From NCBI GenBank assembly GCA_043804515.1, contig JAZDIZ010000174.1, positions 1-13,211 on the forward strand: a stretch of 13,211 nucleotides of DNA, read 5' to 3'. This stretch comes from Pseudomonadota bacterium. Its GTDB lineage: Bacteria; Bdellovibrionota_G; JALEGL01; DATDPG01. The translations under genes and the position numbers were made by a program. The notes under the pieces are model-generated. The model did no database searches, was not told the DNA's origin, and was given only the letters and a program-made list of their open reading frames with translations. Below are positions 6,027-13,211 of this stretch, piece by piece; positions within the stretch are counted from its first letter, which is position 1; the number at the start of each line of letters is the position of its first letter.

Positions 6027-7268
6027 CTACCAGGTATACGCAACCACGATGGTTGTGCCCGCGGCCGGGGGACTCCCGACGACGCAGACTTTGTTCGAGT
6101 ATCTCTGGTACGTGAAGGCCACCGACGTGCCATCGACCTTAACGGAATCGATCGATGCCACCAAGCCACCGACCGGCGTGTGGCTCAAAGGGCCGAAACA
6201 CTTCGACAGGCCGCTGACCTGCGTGCCCAGATCGTCCATCGCCGTGGTCCAGTCGCCACAGGCACCTTCAGCGGTCGTTCCGCCTACGATGTCGGTAACG
6301 CTTCCCCCGATGACCGGATCTTGCGCGACCAACTGGTAGCGCACACCCACTTCTTCCGTAATCTGACGCGTATGACAGGTCCCGTTCGGGTCTTGTCCAT
6401 CGAGTCTTGTATTCACAATCGCGTGCGCTTGAACTTTCTCACCATGTGTCTTGAGGCTCTTTAAATAGGCCACGTGGTTGGCCACGGTCGGAACGTACGT
6501 ATACGTGGAATCCCAAGGATGTCCGTCATCGGCCAGGTGACTCAGTTCCGTCCCACCAGCGGTACGAACCACGACTTCTCCGAGGGGCTTTCCCAGTTCT
6601 GCGATGACTTGGTTCAGGTCCGCAGTCGGGAATTGAGCACCACCTACGTGGCTGGCCCAAGTAGCCGTATTCGTCTGATCTTCCTCATCGCTCACGTATA
6701 GAAGCTGGAGGTCCGCTCCCGTGCGCAGGAAGTCCGTGCCCGTCGACGAGGCCAGAGCCCTGTGAGTGGATTCAAGCCCTTCTTCATGGCCCGAACCGTT
6801 ATCGCCCAGCTTGGCGCAGGCGGCGAACTGGGTCGCGGTGCTGCTGGAGATGATTCTCGCTGTACAGCCACTCGGCAGATTTGCCAACGGCTCATCCGGA
6901 TCGGTGCTCACGATCAGGATCCGGTAGTCCAGTCCCGTGAGATGGTCCGTGAATATCGCCGCGTTGTCCGCAATGGCATCCTGGTCGTTCTCCATACTTC
7001 CCGAGTTATCGATCATCCATACGATGTCGACGGCACTTGAAGCTGCCGACTGCGCAAACGAATCCTGCGTAGCCGTCGGGCTGTGGTCCACAGCTGTTGG
7101 AACCACCGGGGGTTCCAGTGGGTTTGTAGTACCGGGAGGGAGATCAGGTGCGGGTCCCGTGCCTTCCGAATTATATCCGAGTTGATACGAGGAGCTGCAG
7201 GCAGCTGCGAACCCCAGCATCAATACGAGGGCTAGAGTGCTTACAAGCTGTTTGTTTCTGGTCGTCAT
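6027..7268 (-). CDS. Putative lipoprotein with a VWA (MIDAS) domain, ~413 aa
   Basis: MTTRNKQ, hydrophobic stretch, FAAA-C lipobox-like site, Pro-rich linker, VDIVWMIDNSGSM (DxSxS MIDAS), GSG.EEGL, FLRTGA.L.LLYVSDEED and a beta-rich C-terminal module. ATG 7268 follows GGTGAGG. Confidence 0.8.
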   Translation of the reverse strand: MTTRNKQLVSTLALVLMLGFAAACSSSYQLGYNSEGTGPAPDLPPGTTNPLEPPVVPTAVDHSPTATQDSFAQSAASSAVDIVWMIDNSGSMENDQDAIADNAAIFTDHLTGLDYRILIVSTDPDEPLANLPSGCTARIISSSTATQFAACAKLGDNGSGHEEGLESTHRALASSTGTDFLRTGADLQLLYVSDEEDQTNTATWASHVGGAQFPTADLNQVIAELGKPLGEVVVRTAGGTELSHLADDGHPWDSTYTYVPTVANHVAYLKSLKTHGEKVQAHAIVNTRLDGQDPNGTCHTRQITEEVGVRYQLVAQDPVIGGSVTDIVGGTTAEGACGDWTTAMDDLGTQVSGLSKCFGPLSHTPVGGLVASIDSVKVDGTSVAFTYQRYSNKVCVVGSPPAAGTTIVVAYTW

Positions 7269-7301
7269 TGGGTCCTCACCTTCCAGGTCCGGTCCTATCA
7301 A

Positions 7302-7317
7302 TGCAAAAAGCGCGCCT
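7302..7317 (-). promoter_or_regulatory. Sigma54 (-24/-12) promoter candidate for the VWA lipoprotein gene
   Basis: Minus strand reads AGGCGCGCTTTTTGCA: GG-N10-GC spacing and a close match to TGGCACG-N4-TTGCW, 34 bp upstream of ATG 7268, with an AT-rich tract at ~7339-7357 just upstream. Confidence 0.6.
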
Positions 7318-7528
7318 TGTGGTTCCGCCGTAACGTGCTTAAATTATTACTAAAATCGGAGCCTGGATCGAACGGGTGCCAAAAAGTTACGCAAAAATTG
7401 CGGGGTTGCGCACATAGTTCATGAGGCGCTTGTCGCCCGGAAATGCCACGTAATATGGGTATCTTACACGGATGCACCGAGATTCGAAAGAACTGCGGTC
7501 AGCGGCAGAAGTTGATAAGGAGAAAAGA

Positions 7529-8866
7529 ATGGCGAGCCAAACACTGCTGATTCGGAACGGAACGGTTGTCACATTGGGGGAGGACAGCCGCGTCCTGAAA
7601 AATCACGGGCTATGGATCGAAGGGGGAAAAATCCGGGAAGTCGGGAACGATTCCGCCCTTGCATCCAAGAAGGCCGACGAAGTGATCGATGCCCGAGGGC
7701 GGGTGATTCTTCCCGGATTCATCAACGCCCATATGCATTTTTACAGCACGTTCGCCTGCGGTTGGGCGAAGGTGAAGCCTTCGTCGAACTTCCAGGAAGT
7801 CCTCCAAAACCTTTGGTGGCGCCTCGACAAGAAATTGTCGTTGGACGATTCGTACTACAGCACGCTCATCCCGTGCATCCGGGCGATCCGCCACGGCACG
7901 ACGACGCTGATCGATCACCACGCGAGCCCCGGCGCCGTCGCCGGATCCCTCGATAGGGTGGCGCAGGCGGTTTTGGAAACCGGTCTGCGTGCATCGATTT
8001 GTTACGAACTTTCCGACCGGGACGGGCCCAAGATCGCGCAGGAGGGAATCGATGAAAACCTGCGCTTCATAAAGCGGGTAAAAACGGAGGGTCATGAGCG
8101 GTTGCGCGGCCTTTTCGGCCTTCACGCCTCGTTCACGATCTCCGAGGAAACCTTGGCGAGGGCGGCGAAGGCCGCGGGAGACGCCGGCGCGGGGTTTCAC
8201 ATCCACACGGCGGAGGATCTCTCCGACGAGGAAGACAGCGTCAGGAAATACGGGCGGCGGGTCGTGGAGCGCCTTCACCGGCACGGCATTCTCGGCAAAA
8301 CGACGGTCTGCGCACACGCCGTGCACGTGAACGAGAAGGAGATGGATCTTCTCAAAGAGACCGACACGATCGTGGTCCACAACCCGCAGTCGAACATGAA
8401 CAACGCCGTGGGCGTGGCGGACGTTCTCAAGCTTCTCGAGAAGGGGATCCTTGTGGGACTCGGAACGGACGCGATGACGACGAACATGCTCGAAGAGCTG
8501 CGTGCGGCTCTTTGGGTGCGGCACCTGGCGGCCAAAAATCCGAACGTGGGGTTCGCCGAAACCGCCGGACTTCTGGCCCAAAACAACCGGAAGATCGTGA
8601 ACCGGTTCTGGAAAACGCCGATCGGCGAGCTCAAACCCGGCGCGGCCGCCGACGTGATTATTGCGGACTATCTCCCGGCTACGGAGCTGACCGCCGACAA
8701 CTTCCTGGGCCACTTGATCTTCGGCATTTCACAAGTGCCCATCGATACGACGATCGTGGCGGGAAAGGTGCTGATGAAGAACCGCGAACTGGTCGGAATC
8801 GATGAAGAGCGGATCACCGCTCGCGCGCGGGAAGTTTCAGCGGATCTGTGGAGGCGTTTGGGTTAG
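7529..8866 (+). CDS. ssnA: SsnA-family amidohydrolase (putative aminohydrolase), ~445 aa
   Basis: PGFINAHMHFYS, F..VLQNLWWRLDKKL, GTTTLIDHHASP, GLRA..CYE.SDRDG, FGLHASFT.S, GFHIHTAE, AHAVH, HNPQSNMNNAVG, GLGTD. ATG 7529 follows AAGGAG. Confidence 0.92.
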   Translation: MASQTLLIRNGTVVTLGEDSRVLKNHGLWIEGGKIREVGNDSALASKKADEVIDARGRVILPGFINAHMHFYSTFACGWAKVKPSSNFQEVLQNLWWRLDKKLSLDDSYYSTLIPCIRAIRHGTTTLIDHHASPGAVAGSLDRVAQAVLETGLRASICYELSDRDGPKIAQEGIDENLRFIKRVKTEGHERLRGLFGLHASFTISEETLARAAKAAGDAGAGFHIHTAEDLSDEEDSVRKYGRRVVERLHRHGILGKTTVCAHAVHVNEKEMDLLKETDTIVVHNPQSNMNNAVGVADVLKLLEKGILVGLGTDAMTTNMLEELRAALWVRHLAAKNPNVGFAETAGLLAQNNRKIVNRFWKTPIGELKPGAAADVIIADYLPATELTADNFLGHLIFGISQVPIDTTIVAGKVLMKNRELVGIDEERITARAREVSADLWRRLG

Positions 8867-8873
8867 TTCTCTG

Positions 8874-8957
8874 CCGGAATCGGGGATCCGGATTCGGGAA
8901 TCCGATACTGGTCTCCGGGACCAGGTTCCGGTTACTGGGTTGCCCGCTGCCAGGTTC
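8874..8957. repeat. Heptamer-periodic, hairpin-forming intergenic tract between convergent genes (possible bidirectional terminator/stabiliser)
   Basis: CCGGAAT CGGGGAT CCGGATT CGGGAAT CCGATAC (8874-8908); inverted repeats CGGATTC/GAATCCG (8889-8904) and CTGGTC/GACCAG (8908-8924); no poly-U tail. Confidence 0.55.
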
Positions 8958-11456
8958 TTAATGCTCTTGCAGCGCAGATAGTTCTTTTGCGCTTCGCTCG
9001 CGCATGAAGAGGGCGCCGGATATACACATCTTCGCGCAAATGCTGCAGCCCACGCATTTCGCCGCGTCGGTCATGGGATGGTTTTCGGCGTTCAGCGTGA
9101 TCGCCAAATAAGGGCAACGCGTGCAGTTCCCGCAGCTCACGCAAATCTCCTCGTGAACGGCGGAAACAGTCTTCTTCGCCGACAGTTCCATGAAGTCCGT
9201 GATCGGCTTGGGAAGCGCGATGCCGATCAGCTCGTTCACGGATCGGATGCCCCTCTCCTTCATGAGATGGCTCAAGCCGGAGTGAAGCTCGTCAATGTCG
9301 CCGTAGCCGTATTTCATCGCCGCCGTGCAGAATTGAACGCTCCGCGCGCCCAAGGCCAGGAAATCAGCGGCTGCCTTGTAATCCATCGGCCCGCCGTTTC
9401 CGGACACCGTGACACCCAACCCCGCCACTTTGGCCAGCGTCAGGTTGCTGATCGGCGTGACGCCCTCGCCGCTCATCCCCACGATCACGCCTTCGTCCCA
9501 CCCCTTCTTATTCGAAGGCCGGAAGCCGAGTGTCGGAAATGTGTTCGCCAGCGTGATCCCGGCCTTCGCTTTCGGATATCTGGCAAAGAGCGCCTTGATC
9601 GGAGTGACGATCGTCCCCACGGACGTAACCGCTGCCGTCAGTTTGAAGAGCTTGGGAACGTTCGGGTCCCCGGTCTTCAAGATCCACTCGATGATTTTGA
9701 CCGTGAGCGCCGCGTTCTGGGAGACGATGTCCCCCTCCGTGCCGTCCCCGCCTTGCGGACACGAGAGCGAGTACTCGATCCCCATGACGCCGGCGGATTC
9801 AAGCTTCCGCGTATTGCTCTGCCAGACTTTCGCGTCCCCCGCGTCGTCGCCCGTGACGGGGCCGCCCGTGGACGCCATGACCAGGCGATCCGGGAACTCC
9901 TTTACGAGCCGAGCCACCTCGCGACAAACGCGCTCCAGGCTGTGGCCCGAGACGTTGTCGCAATTGGCCCAGGTTCGCCCGGTGAACGAGAACATGTACT
10001 CGGCGGGGATGTGGATCGGGACATTGTCGAATGCCGTCTTCATGACGCCCCCGGCCCATCCCGCCTCCATTCCCTTTTTCATCTGGTCGTAGCCGTCGGT
10101 GGGCGGCGCGGCCGAGAGAAGGAACGGCGACGGGATTTTTCGCCCGAAGAAATCCGTCTCCAGAGGAACCGGCGTTTTCCGCCATCCCGGAATCGTGAGC
10201 CGGCTCTTTCGAGGCCGGTCGGGAGCCGCATAAGCCGTCCCGGACAAATGTGAATGCGCTTCCGCCGCCGCGTTCTTTCCGGCGGCCACGGCCTCCACAA
10301 CCGTCGAAGGGCCGGTGACACAGTCTCCGGCCGCGTAAACACCGCTTACGGCTTTAAGCGAGGAACGTTGGCCGATGGCTACGATCACGTGCCGGAAATC
10401 CGCCCGCTTCTGCTCCGTTCCCTTAAGATCCGAAACGGCCTTCGGGTCGAACGGTATCGGTTTTTCCGGCTTGTCGCGGAATGTCTTCTCCCCTTTGGAA
10501 TACGCCACGCGGATCGTTTCGATCCCGCTTACGCCCTTGGATCCTGTTGAGATCGCCGTCACGCGCGTTCTCCCGTTCACGTGAATCCCTTTTTCGAGAA
10601 GATCCCGCCTTTCCTTTTCGGGAAGCGGCATCTCGCTCCATTTCTCGAGCGAGAAAATCTCCACGCGCTCGGCGCCCCGAATCCGGGCCGTCACGGCGCA
10701 ATCCAGAGCTACGGCGCCTCCTCCGATCACGGCCACCGGTCCCTGCATTTTGAATTTTCCGGGGTCCGTAAGGTACTCCCACCCGCCGATAGCCGAGTCC
10801 TCGCCCGGAATCACAAGGCGGATCGGCTCCGTAAGGCCCACGGTCAGGATCACGGCATCGAAGCCTTTGAGCGCTTTGGGATCGCTGACCATGGTGTCGA
10901 CATGCAACTTGATCCGCTTGGAAGAGAGGACAAACGCCAGATCGCCCTTCAGGACGTCGACGTCGAGCCGGTGGCGCGGAATGAGGTTCAACGCTCCGCC
11001 GGGCTTCCCGGTTTTCTCGAATATCTCCACGCCGTACCCGAAGCGCGAGAGCGTGAAAGCGGCCGCCAATCCTGCCGGCCCCGCCCCGATCACGGCTATG
11101 CGCTTCCCGTTTTCTTTAGGCTCGGCGAATTGGGGATATCCATTCAGCCTTGCCGCCCTGCGGATGATCGATTCCTGGAGGCTCGGGATTTCGACCGGCC
11201 GGTCGATGTCCTTTCGCGAGCAGACGGCCATGCAGTGGGTATCCGGGCAAACGGCACCGCAAATCCCGCCCAGCGGGTTGCGGCTCAGAATCTCGCCGGC
11301 GGCGCGCACGTAATCTGCGGGCGAGCCGACACGGATCGCCATGATGAAATCCGCCGGGGAACAATGAGCGGGGCATCCCTCGCGGCAGGGTTTGCGCTCG
11401 CAATACTCGCACTTGGCGATCTCGTGCTTGATCTGGGCGTCGGTCATCTCGCTCAT
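8958..11456 (-). CDS. Fused PreT-PreA dihydropyrimidine dehydrogenase-like FAD/FMN/Fe-S oxidoreductase, 832 aa
   Basis: N-terminal GltD/PreT part: CEYCERKPCREGCP, NPLGGICGAVCP, IGAGPAGL, VIGGGAVALDCA, YAAGD...GPSTVVEAVAAGK. PreA/DHOD-like barrel: SPFLLSAAPPT, AGWAGGVMKT, SLSCPQG, KLT, ANT, GMSG, SGNGG, GA..VQFCTA. C-terminal 2x[4Fe-4S]: CVSCGNC..CP and CVGCSICAKMC. RBS GGAGAG. Confidence 0.9.
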   Translation of the reverse strand: MSEMTDAQIKHEIAKCEYCERKPCREGCPAHCSPADFIMAIRVGSPADYVRAAGEILSRNPLGGICGAVCPDTHCMAVCSRKDIDRPVEIPSLQESIIRRAARLNGYPQFAEPKENGKRIAVIGAGPAGLAAAFTLSRFGYGVEIFEKTGKPGGALNLIPRHRLDVDVLKGDLAFVLSSKRIKLHVDTMVSDPKALKGFDAVILTVGLTEPIRLVIPGEDSAIGGWEYLTDPGKFKMQGPVAVIGGGAVALDCAVTARIRGAERVEIFSLEKWSEMPLPEKERRDLLEKGIHVNGRTRVTAISTGSKGVSGIETIRVAYSKGEKTFRDKPEKPIPFDPKAVSDLKGTEQKRADFRHVIVAIGQRSSLKAVSGVYAAGDCVTGPSTVVEAVAAGKNAAAEAHSHLSGTAYAAPDRPRKSRLTIPGWRKTPVPLETDFFGRKIPSPFLLSAAPPTDGYDQMKKGMEAGWAGGVMKTAFDNVPIHIPAEYMFSFTGRTWANCDNVSGHSLERVCREVARLVKEFPDRLVMASTGGPVTGDDAGDAKVWQSNTRKLESAGVMGIEYSLSCPQGGDGTEGDIVSQNAALTVKIIEWILKTGDPNVPKLFKLTAAVTSVGTIVTPIKALFARYPKAKAGITLANTFPTLGFRPSNKKGWDEGVIVGMSGEGVTPISNLTLAKVAGLGVTVSGNGGPMDYKAAADFLALGARSVQFCTAAMKYGYGDIDELHSGLSHLMKERGIRSVNELIGIALPKPITDFMELSAKKTVSAVHEEICVSCGNCTRCPYLAITLNAENHPMTDAAKCVGCSICAKMCISGALFMRERSAKELSALQEH

Positions 11457-11529
11457 GGCTGCTCTCCGGGCAAAAACAGATCCGAGAATAGTGGAAAAAC
11501 CCCCGGAAAAACATGAGGAACGGCATGTT

Positions 11530-11557
11530 TTGGAAGTCGGCCCGGAATATGTATATT
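11530..11557 (+). promoter_or_regulatory. Possible sigma70 promoter for the xdh gene in the divergent intergenic region
   Basis: TTGGAA (11530-11535), 16-bp spacer, TATATT (11552-11557), 24 bp before ATG 11582. Confidence 0.35.
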
Positions 11558-11581
11558 GTGCGCCGCCAAGGCGCGGAACCC

Positions 11582-13211
11582 ATGCAGTTCACTCTGAACG
11601 GAAAAACGACGACATATTCGGGGGATCCGGAGCTTCCCCTTTACGACTACCTTCGGAACGAGGCGGGGCTGACGTCGGTCAAGAAAGGGTGCTCCGGGGA
11701 AGGCATCTGCGGATATTGCACCGTGCAGCTGGACCAAAAGGCGGCCCTCTCCTGCCACACGAAAATGAAAGACATCGAAGGCGGAACGGTGACCACCATC
11801 GAGGGATGGGAATCACACGTTCAGAACGCTTTTGCGGACGCTTTTTTGGAAAAGGGCGGCGTTCAGTGCGGCTACTGCACGCCGGGGATCGTGATGCAGG
11901 CGAAGCTCCTGCTGGACAAAAACCCGAATCCGACGCGGGAGGAAGTGGTAAAGAATCTCAATCGCTCCCTGTGCCGCTGCACGGGTTATCACAAGATCGT
12001 GGATTCGATCCTCCTGGCCGCGGAAGCAATCCGTGAACGGAAAGAAATCCCGCGCGGGGATTCCACCGGGAAAGTCGGAAACCGGTTAAGAAAATACAAC
12101 GCCCGGGACCTCGTCCTGGGATTCCGCCCGTTCGTGGGAGACCTGAAACGGGACGGTATGCAGTTTGCGGCGCTCAAGTTCAGCGACCATCCGCGCGCCC
12201 GCGTCTTGTCCATCAACGCCTCCAAAGCCCAGAAGCTCGAAGGTGTGACGCGCGTGTTCACGGCGAAGGATATTCCAGGCGACCGGGTGATCGGCCTCAT
12301 CACGCAGGACTGGCCCCTTATGGTCCGCGAGGGCGAAGAGACGCGTTACATCGGAGACGTTCTGGCCGGTGTCGTCGCCAAAACGGAAGCGACCGCACGC
12401 AAAGCGGTGGGGTTGATCGAGATTTTCTATGACGTCCTGGATCCCGTCACCGACATTTTCGCCGCTATGAAGCCGGAGGCTCCCAAGGTCCACAAATCCG
12501 GCAACATCCTTTCCGATTGTCATGTGAAGCGCGGGGACATCGAAGGCGCGCTGAAGGCATCGGCCTTTGTCACCAAAGGGCGATACACGACACAGCGGAT
12601 TGAACACGCCTTCGGCGAGCCGGAGGCGTGCCTGGCCGAACCCTGGAGCCATGAGGGAAAGCCCGGCGTGAAAGTGTTTTCCCAAGGCCAGGGAGCCTAC
12701 GAGGACCGGAAGCAGATCGCGAAGCTCCTCGGCCTTCCCGAAGCGCAGGTCAACGTCCTTCAGATCGAAACGGGCGGAGGCTTCGGGGGAAAAGAGGACC
12801 TGAGTGTTCAGGGACACGCCGCCTTGTTCGCGTACCTTCTCAAGGCCCCGGTCAAGATCATCCTGGATCGGGCCGAATCGATCCGGATGCATCCCAAGCG
12901 CCACCCGTTCGTGATGGATTACGCGTTGGGCTGCGACAGAAACGGGAAGCTCACGGCTCTCAAGGCGGAAATCTTCGGCGACACGGGAGCCTACGCTTCC
13001 GTGGGGGCGAAAGTGGTCGAGCGCGCCGTCGGCCACGCGGCCGGAGCCTACATCGTGCCGAACGTCGACATCCGCGGCCTGGCCGTTTACACGAACAATC
13101 TGCCCAGCGGAGCGATGCGCGGCTTCGGCGTGAACCAGGTGACGTTCGCCGTGGAGAGCTGCGTCGATGATCTCTGCAAGCAAGGCGGCTTCGACCGCTG
13201 GCAGTTCCGAT
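11582..13211 (+). CDS. xdh: Xanthine dehydrogenase-family molybdenum hydroxylase with fused N-terminal 2x[2Fe-2S] domain (selenium-dependent XDH type); 3'-truncated by window
   Basis: Translated by hand, open from ATG 11582 to the window end: MQFTLNG, SVKKGCSGEGICGYCTV, SC, TTIEG, GGVQCGYCTPG, LCRCTGY, then Mo-binding domain motifs HPRARV, EHAFGEPE, SQGQ, GGGFGGKED, HPKRHP, DTGAYAS, TNN.PSGAMRGFGVNQ. Missing from the ORF track because there is no stop in the window. Confidence 0.92.
   Translation, partial: MQFTLNGKTTTYSGDPELPLYDYLRNEAGLTSVKKGCSGEGICGYCTVQLDQKAALSCHTKMKDIEGGTVTTIEGWESHVQNAFADAFLEKGGVQCGYCTPGIVMQAKLLLDKNPNPTREEVVKNLNRSLCRCTGYHKIVDSILLAAEAIRERKEIPRGDSTGKVGNRLRKYNARDLVLGFRPFVGDLKRDGMQFAALKFSDHPRARVLSINASKAQKLEGVTRVFTAKDIPGDRVIGLITQDWPLMVREGEETRYIGDVLAGVVAKTEATARKAVGLIEIFYDVLDPVTDIFAAMKPEAPKVHKSGNILSDCHVKRGDIEGALKASAFVTKGRYTTQRIEHAFGEPEACLAEPWSHEGKPGVKVFSQGQGAYEDRKQIAKLLGLPEAQVNVLQIETGGGFGGKEDLSVQGHAALFAYLLKAPVKIILDRAESIRMHPKRHPFVMDYALGCDRNGKLTALKAEIFGDTGAYASVGAKVVERAVGHAAGAYIVPNVDIRGLAVYTNNLPSGAMRGFGVNQVTFAVESCVDDLCKQGGFDRWQFR

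Noticed and set aside
3548..11516. Long alternative ORFs (3548-4396, 4685-5503, 7610-8713, 9078-10253, 10581-11516 and others)
   Set aside because: Antisense shadows typical of high-GC3 genes, with no motifs, overlapping well-supported CDSs.
12086..13183. 365-aa minus-strand ORF, and 11392-12036 on the plus strand
   Set aside because: Antisense and out-of-frame shadows of the xdh gene, which carries all the conserved motifs.
11582..13211. Selenocysteine (in-frame TGA) recoding in the selenium-linked cluster
   Set aside because: No in-frame TGA was found in the hand translation of xdh, and the other enzyme ORFs are complete without read-through.

Overview
GC-rich bacterial window with two parts. 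(1) 1-1437, accessory tip: the C-terminus of a probable HUH/Y1 (IS200/RAYT-like) transposase, a family of palindromic 'AATTGGTACGTGTCCCCAATT' repeats, and two small secreted-protein genes (a TIMP/NTR-like protein and an orphan) lying between repeat copies like cassettes. (2) 1454-13211, an anaerobic purine/heterocycle catabolic cluster: carbamate kinase, a knotted YgeW/AOTCase-type transcarbamylase, a pseudo-ATCase with an altered aspartate pocket, dihydropyrimidinase HydA, SsnA, a PreT-PreA fused (DPD-architecture) flavin/Fe-S reductase, and a fused 2Fe-2S/molybdopterin xanthine dehydrogenase-family gene that runs off the right edge and is absent from the supplied ORF track. A VWA-domain lipoprotein gene with a sigma54-type promoter interrupts the cluster. 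The most interesting inferences are a variant of the 2,8-dioxopurine urate pathway in which two transcarbamylases could recover both ureido groups as carbamoyl phosphate and a DPD-like fusion stands in for YgfK, and a possible transposase-associated, repeat-bounded gene-cassette system. All family assignments are from motif recognition by eye; no searches were run.
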